This document shows positions 28,432-38,230 of a stretch of 45,734 nt of DNA, piece by piece. Numbering within the stretch: position 1 is the first letter of the stretch; every line of letters begins with the position of its first letter. Both the position numbers and the translations under genes were made by a program. The notes under the pieces were generated by a model, which saw only the letters and a list, made by a program, of their open reading frames with translations, did no database searches and was not told the origin of the DNA. Source of the stretch: Candidatus Woesearchaeota archaeon (lineage in GTDB: Archaea; Nanobdellota; Nanobdellia; Pacearchaeales; GW2011-AR1); the NCBI GenBank assembly GCA_964494915.1, contig CAZBTP010000005.1, positions 1-45,734 on the forward strand, written 5' to 3'.

Positions 28432-28682
28432 ATTCTAGGTATTTGTTTCTGTTCTATAAAGTAGAAAGTAACTATATTAACCTTTCGGATGTTCATGTCT
28501 ATTATTATTCTCATGAATTTATTCTTCTCGTGTTTGTAAAATACGGCATAATTACCATTGTTTTGTAAACCAACTAAAAACGGCTCTTCATAAGATAAAT
28601 ATTCTTTCAGTTTTTTACACGTATATATTTCTCTCTGTTTCTCACTTAATCTGAAGAATGTGTGGTTTGTGCATTCAAAAGC
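28428..28682 (-). pseudogene. 5'-truncated DUF4258/RelE-fold-like toxin partner of DUF2283
   Basis: Open 84 codons with no N-terminal start (ECTNHTFFRLSEKQR...NIVTFYFIEQKQIPRI*); ATGA overlap with the DUF2283 start. Confidence 0.55.
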
Positions 28683-28776
28683 TTATAATTAATAAAACTA
28701 TGACGATAGTGATGATTAGAGGTGTTGCACGCAAGTATTTTGAGGGTATAATATCCTGTACTAGTGTTGCCTCGTT

Positions 28777-29124
28777 TTATGATTCACTCTTTAAAACAGC
28801 ACACCGGCTATTCTCGCATGTACATGTTCCCTGTCCGCAATCCAATGTGCCCGGAGCACATTCCAGCGTGCAAAGCATTCCAGAACAATCAGGCGCTTTC
28901 TCACGAGGAACACATCCAGGTGCATGACAGCACTCTTGTGGTACACAATCAGTATCAACACGACACTCGCTATCTCCGGTGTTTCCTCGAGAAGGCTGCG
29001 GAACAATATCTGAGTCTTTTACTTGTTTATTTTTCAAAACACCAATAATAACAAACATAGCAACAAGTATAATACCTACGATGATAAAGAGAGTTACTTG
29101 TCCTTGTCTCCTCTTTTCCATCAT
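28777..29124 (-). CDS. Class III (archaeal pilin-type) signal peptide protein with Cys-cluster domain
   Basis: KRRQG/QVTLFIIVGIIL; C-terminal domain CRVDTDC...CC...C...CTCENSRC. Confidence 0.8.
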   Translation of the reverse strand: MMEKRRQGQVTLFIIVGIILVAMFVIIGVLKNKQVKDSDIVPQPSRGNTGDSECRVDTDCVPQECCHAPGCVPREKAPDCSGMLCTLECAPGTLDCGQGTCTCENSRCAVLKSES

Positions 29125-29365
29125 GCATATAAGAAACATGCCTATATAAATATTTAAGATACTTTCAAGATAGTAGACTAAGAAGCTCTCACTTTAATCA
29201 AAGAGAAGTAATGACAAAATTTATACATTAAAGTATAATAGTCTTTATAAACAACATCCCTATAAAACTCTCGATGGCAACACGAAAAGAGCAGGGAATA
29301 AAAAATTATACTGCAAGTGTTTTCTCATACCCCGATATATTAACAAATGAAAGGAGGTTTTCAAA

Positions 29366-30442
29366 ATGAAAACCACACTAGCACTTATGGTAGTGGGGCT
29401 CTTATTGCTTTCTCTACCTGCTGTTTTCGCAGTACGAACGCCGGGTGTACCAATCACGCCGGACATTACAACTGAAGATTTTGAACCAAGAGTTTGGATG
29501 TGCGATAGCCGCCTTGTTCTTGATGACGCAGTTGAACCGGGAAGAATCTCCGAAGACGGTCAGTTCCTCAAGGAAAGAATTAATAATTATGCCTTCGAAG
29601 GAGAGCAAATCCAATGGGAAGTACTTGTTTTCGATAAGAACGGCATTGAAAAAGTCAAAGACGTGTTTGGAACCATAGGAAACTCCCAAGGGGCAGGCAA
29701 CGAGATTGAGGTTAATTGTAAGTTGAGCGGGATTGTTCATCCTAGAGATGAACTAGATCCAACGTGTAATGCACGAATCCTTGAAGAGGAGCTCAGATAC
29801 GCACCTGAGAACACCGCAGCATACTACACATGTACACTCACTGTTGAAACCGCGGAAAGCATGTATGGGGAATTCTGGGTGACTGTAGAAGCAGAAGATG
29901 TTGATGGCCTCTCTGGGACAATGGACGAGAACGAATTCTGGTTCTTTAATCCGGTGATCGCTCTCAGTGTTGATGGACTTGTCGAATTCAGTGATGTGAG
30001 ACCAGGAGCACAGTCCTACTCAAGCACACTGACTGTCGGTAACGACGCAGATGATGGATCAGGAGTATTACTTGACATGTTTATAGGAGGTACAGACTTC
30101 TATGATTCTACATCAAGTGGAGCGAAGTGTCCAACAACGAACCAACTTGAATTAGAGAACTTTAGATACTTTGCCACCAATGGTGCCTATTCGTCATTAC
30201 TTGATTCGCGAAAGGACGTCGAGGGATATCTCCCAATAGAGTATGGTAATGAGTTTAATAGCCCAGAGCCATTCTATAACAGAAACGAGATCCTTCAAGT
30301 CGCGCCAAATGGCCCGTACTACTCAGCGAACATCCTCGCGCCGGGAGCTGAAATGGCACTTACATTCAGATTAAGCCTTCCAGTACCATGCAATGGTGAT
30401 TTCGATACAGGAAGCATCTTATTCTGGGGTGAAGCAATCTAA
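29366..30442 (+). CDS. Secreted acidic beta-rich protein (cell-surface candidate)
   Basis: Signal peptide, strong SD AAGGAGG, T-tract after stop. Confidence 0.85.
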   Translation: MKTTLALMVVGLLLLSLPAVFAVRTPGVPITPDITTEDFEPRVWMCDSRLVLDDAVEPGRISEDGQFLKERINNYAFEGEQIQWEVLVFDKNGIEKVKDVFGTIGNSQGAGNEIEVNCKLSGIVHPRDELDPTCNARILEEELRYAPENTAAYYTCTLTVETAESMYGEFWVTVEAEDVDGLSGTMDENEFWFFNPVIALSVDGLVEFSDVRPGAQSYSSTLTVGNDADDGSGVLLDMFIGGTDFYDSTSSGAKCPTTNQLELENFRYFATNGAYSSLLDSRKDVEGYLPIEYGNEFNSPEPFYNRNEILQVAPNGPYYSANILAPGAEMALTFRLSLPVPCNGDFDTGSILFWGEAI

Positions 30443-30448
30443 GACCTC

Positions 30449-30477
30449 TTTTATTTATTTTTACTTTTTTTCTTTTT
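30449..30477 (+). terminator. Oligo(T) archaeal terminator-like tract
   Basis: Several consecutive T-runs just after the stop at 30442. Confidence 0.5.
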
Positions 30478-30516
30478 ATACATAACAACGCGAGAAAGAA
30501 TAGCAACCGTAGAAAC

Positions 30517-31653
30517 ATGAAGAAAACAAGAAGAAACATCTGCATTGGGACAATAGCGCTACTTGTTGTTATACTCTCGTTGACAGTTGCCAGCGCGGGT
30601 CCTGTCCAATTGCTCTGTCTCGAGCGAGGCGAACAAGTCAGATTTTCTGAGTGTAATCCACTCATAAGAGACAAAACCTGTACGAGCAGCTACGGCTGCC
30701 AATTCTGTGTTACTGTTGCAACGAGTGGCGCCTACTGTCCTGCAAACATCAATGCCTGCAACTCAAACCAACTTACCTGTATAACTGCTATTGATCAAAG
30801 CCCTGATGTTACTCCTCCTACAATAGCACTCTATACTCCGCTCAACGACGAAGTCTACAGTGCAAAATCAATCCTCCTTAATCTCGAAACAAATGAGAAC
30901 GTTGATCTTTACCTTCGAGATAATACTGCTCCAGAAGAGAAATGGAAATCACTCTGTGGACTCTGTACAAGCTATACAAAGAAGCAAACCTTTAGAGAGG
31001 GCCGTAATGATATCACGCTCAGAGCAATTGACCTTGTAGATCACATCACTGAAACAACGGTTGTCTTCTACATCGATAGTAAAAAACCAAAGATCTCAAA
31101 AACAGGACCGAAAAAAGGATTTGCATCAGGCACCTTTAGTGCAATTTTCACTGAAGAAAATCCAACGCAACTTACCCTTACCTATGGTAATTTCCTTCAA
31201 GGAATACAATCCTACACACTGGATCTGATAAATGATTGTACCCTCACAAAAAACAAATACCAATGTGAAACAACAGTCGATCTTTCAGCATATAACGAAC
31301 AAACGATCGAATACTCCTTTACTATTGAAGACATTGCTGGTTCTACTCATAATAGTAAATTAACGCAACTTAGAGTAGATTCGACACCGCCTATCGTTCA
31401 TTCTGTAGAATATATACCAACCAACAATATAAAAGGAGATCTTACCGTGACAATTACTGAAACAAACCTCGATGATGTATCGTACCGTGACAATGGACAA
31501 AATAACCCTGTTTGGAAAAGACTCTGTACAAAACTTGATACAAACAACCAATGTGTAAAAAAAATAACAATTTCGCGAGATACAATCGACATCGATATCC
31601 AGGTGACCGATGAAGCAGGCAATGCAGTTGCACAAAACTTCCTCATTCCATAA
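30517..31653 (+). CDS. Secreted protein, Cys-rich N-domain plus Ig-like repeats
   Basis: Signal peptide; DxTPP-linked beta domains; D.AGN motifs. Confidence 0.8.
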   Translation: MKKTRRNICIGTIALLVVILSLTVASAGPVQLLCLERGEQVRFSECNPLIRDKTCTSSYGCQFCVTVATSGAYCPANINACNSNQLTCITAIDQSPDVTPPTIALYTPLNDEVYSAKSILLNLETNENVDLYLRDNTAPEEKWKSLCGLCTSYTKKQTFREGRNDITLRAIDLVDHITETTVVFYIDSKKPKISKTGPKKGFASGTFSAIFTEENPTQLTLTYGNFLQGIQSYTLDLINDCTLTKNKYQCETTVDLSAYNEQTIEYSFTIEDIAGSTHNSKLTQLRVDSTPPIVHSVEYIPTNNIKGDLTVTITETNLDDVSYRDNGQNNPVWKRLCTKLDTNNQCVKKITISRDTIDIDIQVTDEAGNAVAQNFLIP

Positions 31654-31681
31654 GAAGCATGCTCACTCAAGAAGTGTCGTC

Positions 31682-33829
31682 ATGCTCTTTAAGGTCCTTG
31701 TTCTATTAGGACTCATTTTCGTAATAACAATCAGCTTCCTTCACCAGGTAACGGCGAGAATTATTATTAACGAAATAGAACTTAATCCAGCAGGCATAGA
31801 TACAAACAACGAATGGATCGAGCTCTATAATGACGGCTCTCCCATGAATCTCGAAGGATGGTACATTCAAGACAAAAACGATAATATCCACACACTTCCC
31901 TCACAAACGATCATCACCTTTCTCGTTATAGAAAATCTTGGAGGGCTCACCAATGAAGACCAAGAACTAAAGCTCTTCAACAAGGATGACTTCCTCGAAG
32001 ACACAACAGCGCCTTTCTTGTTGACAGACAGAGACAACGACGACCGTACTTGGAGTAGACTTCCTGATGGTGCATCAACCTTTTTATTTCAGCAACAAAC
32101 AAAATCACTCCCGAATGAACCAACACGTATCGAGAATCTCTCGCTCGATAAATCCTGTGTCCTCGAAACAGACAGTATAAAACTCAACGCCCAGATCACT
32201 GGCTTCTGCATAACTTCGGTGAAATTCAATGTCCTTGTTGATAATGAGCTCCGTGCATTTCCTGCGACACGAACAGAAACAAACAACTATTCTGCAATAC
32301 TCCCTCCATCACTCCTTGCCCCCTCACAGACAATCTTCTGGGATGTAGCAAGTGAAGACTGTTTCGCACGAGAGGAAATCTCGAGCCAACAAAGTTTTTA
32401 TGTTAATCACCGCACATCCATCATTGTAACACCTCTAATACCGGATGGACTTAACAACTGGTATATTACTGAACCGAAATTCCAACTTATTAATCCAGAC
32501 GCAACACAACTCTTCTATCAGTGGGAAGCCTCTATTATTTTCCCTTATCTAGAACAATTCGGACTTGAAAATACACCGAACAACAATTCTATCATTGGAG
32601 GATTAGCTACTCTCAAATTCTGGTCAAATATATGTGACGAACCAATACAACAACGTACACTGAAGACGGACTTTACAGACCCAAGGATAACAGATCTTCG
32701 GCCATTGGAGAACGCACTCATTCATGACCCTAAACCGAAAATCAGCGCGCGACTTGATGAACGCTTCCGATCAAACGCAGGTTTTCATCGGGAAACGATC
32801 GCCCTGCTCCTAGACGATCAGCCTCTCACGCCAACAATCGAAACACACAGCAATGGAGACATTGTCTTAAGCTTCACACCAGAAACAAACCTTGCAGAAG
32901 GGACTCATACTCTTTTCCTCAATGTCAGCGACAATGCAGGTAGGTACTCAGAAAAAACATGGACATTTACCCTTGACATTCCCGATATACTTGATCTCAT
33001 CGTACACACACCTGAAGAAAAAGACTATCACATGAATAAAATACCTATCGCGCTTAGGACAACACAAACAGCATCTTCAATCGAATGGTATAATGCAAAC
33101 GACAAAAATCCAAGATTCCTCACACTCTGCAGAGATTGTAACGAGTATGGAATCTCAAAAGAAAAATTTCGCAGCTTTAAGGAAGGCGAAAACAATATCA
33201 TCGTTAGAGCAACTGATCTCTTTGGTATGATCATCGAAAAAGATCTTCGTTTTACCGTCGAATCAAAGCCGCCAATCATTTTTACAACAACCCCACATAC
33301 TGGTTTTGCATTAAACCCCTTCTCCATTGAATTCAGAGAAGAAAATCCTACCTTACTTTCAATTACCTACACTACAGATAGAGAAACAAATACACAAGAA
33401 CTCGATCTCTTAGCCTGTGAGAAAAGGAAGAAACGTACACAGTGTACTCATACACTTGATCTCACTCCCTTTGACGGACAAACAATTAGCTATTACTTTA
33501 CGCTTACTGACAGCGCAGATAATCAAGCAACCTCTCGAGAACGCACACTCATGGTAGACCTCACACCACCGGTTATCAATGGAGTCGAAGCAATCCCGAA
33601 CAGAAACGGTGTTGAACTCGTCCTTGATGTTCGTGAAGACAATCTTGCTGAAATAACCTATCGAAACCAAAACGAAAGGAATCCAGAAGAAAGATCATTT
33701 TGTACAAGACTAAAGAATAATCGTTGCAAGAAAAAATTCTCCCTTACCTCAGGTCGTTATGTCTTCGATATCATCGTGTCTGACAAGGCGGGCAATGCTA
33801 TTGCACAAAACATTGAAATAACTGTCTAA
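31682..33829 (+). CDS. Secreted lamin-tail-domain plus Ig-like repeat protein
   Basis: IIINEIELNPAGID..EWIELYN....NLEGWYIQD (LTD); C-terminal part paralogous to the preceding gene; start uncertain. Confidence 0.85.
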   Translation: MLFKVLVLLGLIFVITISFLHQVTARIIINEIELNPAGIDTNNEWIELYNDGSPMNLEGWYIQDKNDNIHTLPSQTIITFLVIENLGGLTNEDQELKLFNKDDFLEDTTAPFLLTDRDNDDRTWSRLPDGASTFLFQQQTKSLPNEPTRIENLSLDKSCVLETDSIKLNAQITGFCITSVKFNVLVDNELRAFPATRTETNNYSAILPPSLLAPSQTIFWDVASEDCFAREEISSQQSFYVNHRTSIIVTPLIPDGLNNWYITEPKFQLINPDATQLFYQWEASIIFPYLEQFGLENTPNNNSIIGGLATLKFWSNICDEPIQQRTLKTDFTDPRITDLRPLENALIHDPKPKISARLDERFRSNAGFHRETIALLLDDQPLTPTIETHSNGDIVLSFTPETNLAEGTHTLFLNVSDNAGRYSEKTWTFTLDIPDILDLIVHTPEEKDYHMNKIPIALRTTQTASSIEWYNANDKNPRFLTLCRDCNEYGISKEKFRSFKEGENNIIVRATDLFGMIIEKDLRFTVESKPPIIFTTTPHTGFALNPFSIEFREENPTLLSITYTTDRETNTQELDLLACEKRKKRTQCTHTLDLTPFDGQTISYYFTLTDSADNQATSRERTLMVDLTPPVINGVEAIPNRNGVELVLDVREDNLAEITYRNQNERNPEERSFCTRLKNNRCKKKFSLTSGRYVFDIIVSDKAGNAIAQNIEITV

Positions 33830-33837
33830 CTAAAAAC

Positions 33838-34188
33838 CTAGCGTCTCTTCCGTGAGAAAAATCTAATAAACGCGTCCTCTAGTTTCTCCCTCCCAAAACC
33901 TCGCCGCAAATTTAATGCACTTCTCCGCAATATGTCTTCGATCTGCTCAGATAAGGTAAACATATTTCTCTTTGCTCTTAACTCAAGTTTCCTCAACAAC
34001 CTCGAATCTAGATACAGCACTACTCGATTCTTATGTTTATATTTCGGCTGCAATGTAGCAAACGCCTTCTCAATATCATCACTCGTCCATCCTTTCTTTA
34101 TCAATGGCTCTCGAATCTGATAATCATCATATCCGCGTCTCCTCGCCTCTCGAATAAACTGAATAAGCTCTTTATTCATCATCTTCAA
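33838..34188 (-). CDS. Hypothetical protein with RHH-like C-terminal domain
   Basis: RVVLYLD...KLELRAKRNMFTLSEQIEDILRR. Confidence 0.7.
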   Translation of the reverse strand: MKMMNKELIQFIREARRRGYDDYQIREPLIKKGWTSDDIEKAFATLQPKYKHKNRVVLYLDSRLLRKLELRAKRNMFTLSEQIEDILRRSALNLRRGFGREKLEDAFIRFFSRKRR

Positions 34189-34473
34189 TTACTTCCTCTT
34201 CGGCTGCACATACACCTTCTGTACTGCAAAGGACTTATAAATCCCCTCAAGAATATCGGTTCCTGCATAGCCTGCAAGTAAACTTAACCGTGGATCAAAA
34301 TCAAACACAATTCCGACAAACACACCGATAATAATCGCAATCACGACTGTAATCGCATAGTATCCCCACAAAATCCTCCTCCGCAAAGCCAACGCCTTTA
34401 ATAATCCAACAACACCGCGGGTGAGACCTCCGACACCTCCTAATAATGCAGCCACAACGATATCGTTTGCCAT
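34189..34473 (-). CDS. Small three-TM membrane protein
   Basis: LLGGVGGLTRG...LAGYAGTDILE; SD GAGGTG. Confidence 0.8.
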   Translation of the reverse strand: MANDIVVAALLGGVGGLTRGVVGLLKALALRRRILWGYYAITVVIAIIIGVFVGIVFDFDPRLSLLAGYAGTDILEGIYKSFAVQKVYVQPKRK

Positions 34474-34881
34474 CTCACCTCTCGTTCTTTTATTATTACA
34501 ATTACAATATCTGTATTTATATATCCTTCTAGGCTAATTTCATCCACCTAATTGCGATTCGGGATACGGATTTCTTGGAGAAGAGGTTAAAGCTTACTGT
34601 CATCCGGGCTTTGTGTCTTATTCGGAAGAGAGCCTCTTTTGGAAAGCATGAATTTGATAAGAAAAGCAAGAAGGATTTATAGGTAGCCTGTAAACAGATT
34701 AGGGTATCGACAAAGAGGAAGAGGGGAGGGTGTATTTGGAAGTTTAACAAACCTTTATGAAGATAGATTTGATGCTATCAATAGTAATTATTAGACATGC
34801 CCCTATCAAAGGTTCTGTTTGTCTTATCCAGAAATAAGGTTGCCTCGACAAATAAGATAAGCTATGCTGAAGAGCAGAGCC

Positions 34882-35940
34882 TTAAGGAGCAATAGTATAT
34901 GTGGTTGTTCCTAATAACTCGTCATCAACATAATAGTTCAAAGTATACAATCCAGGAGACATTCTTTCCGTATTCTTCTCCTTTACAACATGAAGAGCAA
35001 GATAGTCCCTTATAGGAACGGTATTATCTTCTTTTATAAGTCTCTCGTCATGAAAAGTTTTTATTTTAAACATCCTACCTTTCATACCTATAATTCTGGC
35101 CACATGAGTAATCCTCTCTCCTCTCAAAAAATTTTTCTTTATACCGACAAACTCTCTACAAGAGGGATCAACTTTTCCATCCCCATTAAGATCCTGCCAG
35201 TGATTACATGTGAAAAACGTATTTTGAAGTACATACCGAGGAATATCTTCTTGATTTCTCTCTAAATTTTTTTGTTCTTCTGGTTCATAAACATTAAAGT
35301 TTGTAATGCCGACATCTTGTCCATCGACAGACCATGTAGCAGCATATGATCCGGGAGGAAGCGTCATTGGACTAAAGGAATGGTGCTGGAAGTAATCGTT
35401 AAAACTTATTCTACTATCTAACCCATATATTTCTCTTTGAGCACTATCTAATAGCTTATAGGTTATAATCTTTCCTTTCCTATTTACGGTTCTAACTACA
35501 TTACTTATCTTCTCACTTGCAGAAAATCTATCTTTTATACCTACAAATTCGTTGTAGTTAGCTTGCAGGGAAAGTTTACCATCCCCATTAAGATCCTGCC
35601 AGTGATTACATGTGAAAAACGCTTCATCTGGTTGTTTTGGAGGGGCTTGCTGTACAGCTTGATCAAGCTGTCTCTGTACTTTCGTTCTATATTCATCTTC
35701 TATTTGTCGCTTCCCTTCTTCTGATATTTTATTTCCTACACCTTGCATAAACAGCCCAAGTAAACCGCCGTTAATTGCGCCAAAAGCAGACAGCGTCCTT
35801 CCATCATCAACTTTTTGCGTATATCCGACATATCTTCCTTGAGCATCATAGACAGGTTGAGGAGTTGTACAACTAGGCGCACATGCGCAAAGCGCGACTA
35901 ATCCCAATGATAAACTTCTTCTATTTTTATTTATTCTCAT
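34882..35940 (-). CDS. Putative lipoprotein with two Ig-like domains each bearing a DxNxDG loop
   Basis: Signal with Cys; FFTCNHWQDLNGDGK twice. Confidence 0.75.
   Translation of the reverse strand: MRINKNRRSLSLGLVALCACAPSCTTPQPVYDAQGRYVGYTQKVDDGRTLSAFGAINGGLLGLFMQGVGNKISEEGKRQIEDEYRTKVQRQLDQAVQQAPPKQPDEAFFTCNHWQDLNGDGKLSLQANYNEFVGIKDRFSASEKISNVVRTVNRKGKIITYKLLDSAQREIYGLDSRISFNDYFQHHSFSPMTLPPGSYAATWSVDGQDVGITNFNVYEPEEQKNLERNQEDIPRYVLQNTFFTCNHWQDLNGDGKVDPSCREFVGIKKNFLRGERITHVARIIGMKGRMFKIKTFHDERLIKEDNTVPIRDYLALHVVKEKNTERMSPGLYTLNYYVDDELLGTTTYTIAP
35177..35621. repeat. Perfect 43-bp direct repeat (35177-35219 and 35579-35621)
   Basis: CCATCCCCATTAAGATCCTGCCAGTGATTACATGTGAAAAACG twice. Confidence 0.95.
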
Positions 35941-35964
35941 AAAAATAATACGAACATAGGGTTT

Positions 35965-36228
35965 TTAATCCTTTTGAAACCCTTCTCCATCCTTCTTAGG
36001 AAACTCAATCTTAATTTCCTCGAGTTCAGCATCCTTCAGTTTCGCCTTCCCGCTCCTTCGCTCTCGCCAGGCTCGAAACTCTCGCTCCCAGTCATCATCT
36101 TCGTTACGCCACTCTCGAATAACGCCAGTCAGCTTTCTTACGTTGTCCTTTCTCTCATGCTCGTCTTTTCCCTCAAACTTCCATGACAGACTATCAATCT
36201 TCCGTCCTTGTGTGTCCACTATAGCCAT
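35965..36228 (-). CDS. Highly charged hypothetical protein
   Basis: 87 aa, TATA-like upstream. Confidence 0.6.
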   Translation of the reverse strand: MAIVDTQGRKIDSLSWKFEGKDEHERKDNVRKLTGVIREWRNEDDDWEREFRAWRERRSGKAKLKDAELEEIKIEFPKKDGEGFQKD

Positions 36229-36440
36229 ATAATCAAGGAGATTTAATTCTATTTAAAAATTTGGATACTCTTATAAGCGAAGCATTTGATAAAGAAGTAA
36301 CAGTTTAACAAATTTTTTCTTATCTTTAACGAAGGGTTGCCGTCTTAGTACCTTCGGGACAGATTGCCTCTGTGAGAAACAAATGATTTAAAAAGAAGTT
36401 TAATAGTATTATGACATAAGTAGTAGGGAGTGAACAAACC

Positions 36441-37322
36441 ATGCAAAATCAGGAAATAAGTAAATTACTAAATATCCCATTTAATAGAACCTGTAAATGT
36501 GTAGGTAATCGTATAAACTGTCTAACGGCAAAAGAATGGTTAAAAAGTCAAATTGGTGTTTGGCAATTTTTCTATGAAAAAAGAGATATTAGAGACAAAG
36601 AGGTTCATCCTGCTACATTTCCAATTTCATTATCTACTAAAGTCATTGAATTATTTACTCATAAAGGAGAATTAGTTTTAGACCCTTTTGTAGGGAGTGG
36701 TACAACGCTGATTGCCGCACAAGATATTGATAGGTCTGCTGTCGGTTTTGATTTGCATAAAAAGTATATTGATTTATGTAAAAAAAGATTGTCAACAACA
36801 CGTCTTATGGGCACATCAAAACAAGTTGCTTTGATGGATGATGCACGAAACATCAATTCCTATTTAGAGAACGAATCAGTTGGTTTAATCTGGACATCTC
36901 CGCCTTATGCAAATCTATTAAACCGGCCAAGAAAGAATAAATCACGTAGAGACAGAGATAATAGACAACTTGGCAAAGTAGAACAATATTCACAAGACCC
37001 AAATGACCTTGGTACATTAGAGCTGGAAGAATATACTCAAGCTATGGGTGATATTTTTGAGAAATTACTACCTCTTCTCAAACCAAAGGGGCATTGTGTA
37101 ATAAACGTTCCAGATATGTGGTGGGAGAATAAAAGAATAACAATACACATTGCGTTGGTTGAAGAATTAAGAAAACGAGGTTATGAACTGCGAAACATAA
37201 TAATTTGGGACAGAACCAATGTTGTAAATGGAATAGGTATTTTTGGTTGGCCAAGTAATTACATCACCATGGGAGTTACATTTGAATATTTACTTGACTT
37301 CTGGAAACCTCCAAAAAATTAG
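36441..37322 (+). CDS. DNA amino-methyltransferase (N4-C-type SPPY)
   Basis: HPATFP, VLDPFVGSGTT (motif I) preceding TSPPY (motif IV). Confidence 0.92.
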   Translation: MQNQEISKLLNIPFNRTCKCVGNRINCLTAKEWLKSQIGVWQFFYEKRDIRDKEVHPATFPISLSTKVIELFTHKGELVLDPFVGSGTTLIAAQDIDRSAVGFDLHKKYIDLCKKRLSTTRLMGTSKQVALMDDARNINSYLENESVGLIWTSPPYANLLNRPRKNKSRRDRDNRQLGKVEQYSQDPNDLGTLELEEYTQAMGDIFEKLLPLLKPKGHCVINVPDMWWENKRITIHIALVEELRKRGYELRNIIIWDRTNVVNGIGIFGWPSNYITMGVTFEYLLDFWKPPKN

Positions 37323-37330
37323 GCGAAAAT

Positions 37331-38116
37331 ATGACTCAAACATATACGAAAGAAAAACTTATCGAAAAATTGAAAGAGATTCGTGCTAAAGGATGGATTG
37401 AAAACGCACGTCCCGGAAATGTTGGTGGAATAGGAAATACAGTTGAGGATATTCTCGGAATAAAGGAAAATAACCTTCCAATTCCCAATGCGGCTGAGTG
37501 GGAGTTGAAATGTCAGAGAATTGGAAGTTCTTCATTAACCACTTTATTCCATATGGAACCTTCACCACGAGCCTTGAATATTGTTCCTAATATTTTGTTA
37601 TTGAAGTATGGTTGGAAACATGAAGAAGCAGGTAAAAAATATCCCACAAACGAAATGAGTTTCAGGCAGACTATACATTGCTTATCAAGAAGCGACAGAG
37701 GATTCAAAGTAGTCGTTGATAAGAATTTAAAGAAGGTATTGGTCTCCTTTGATTCAAGTTCGGTTGAGGAAAGACATAAAAAGTGGCTGAAAACAGTAAG
37801 TAAAAGAATCGGTTTGAAAGAGTTGGAACCGCAACCATATTGGGGTTTTGACGACTTATTTCATAAAGCTGGAACAAAGTTGCTTAACTGTTTCTTTCTT
37901 CAAGCAAAAGTAAAGAAGGAAGGAGAAAAAGAACATTTTCTCTATGAAAAAATCTTAATGTTGAAAAAATTCAGTCTGGATAAATTCATTAAAGCTATTG
38001 AAGAAGGCGTCATTCTAGTGGATTTTGATGCCAGAACATGTCATAATCATGGAACAAAGTTTAGAATGAGGCAAGATAAATTACCTGTACTTTATGATCT
38101 TGTCGAAACAATATAG
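37331..38116 (+). CDS. MvaI/BcnI-family type II restriction endonuclease
   Basis: GGIGNTVEDILGIKENN, WELK, TTLF, HNHGTKFR; directly follows the MTase. Confidence 0.85.
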   Translation: MTQTYTKEKLIEKLKEIRAKGWIENARPGNVGGIGNTVEDILGIKENNLPIPNAAEWELKCQRIGSSSLTTLFHMEPSPRALNIVPNILLLKYGWKHEEAGKKYPTNEMSFRQTIHCLSRSDRGFKVVVDKNLKKVLVSFDSSSVEERHKKWLKTVSKRIGLKELEPQPYWGFDDLFHKAGTKLLNCFFLQAKVKKEGEKEHFLYEKILMLKKFSLDKFIKAIEEGVILVDFDARTCHNHGTKFRMRQDKLPVLYDLVETI

Positions 38117-38154
38117 ATTTTACCATAACGGCTGCGACAACCGCTAAAGAAAAA

Positions 38155-38220
38155 AAGACGGCAACAGCGAATTTTCGGCGAGCCCCGAACTCGAGATTCT
38201 TCCCTTCGGGAACGTTGCAT
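38155..38220 (+). other. attC-like structured site
   Basis: AAGACGGCAAC...GTTGCAT with internal hairpins; AAGACGGCAAC is the reverse complement of 36336-36346. Confidence 0.4.
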
Positions 38221-38230
38221 TAAAACTCAA

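Noticed and set aside
34529-34750. 73-aa ORF in the intergenic gap
   Set aside because: Non-ATG start, no motifs; more likely non-coding or decayed DNA.
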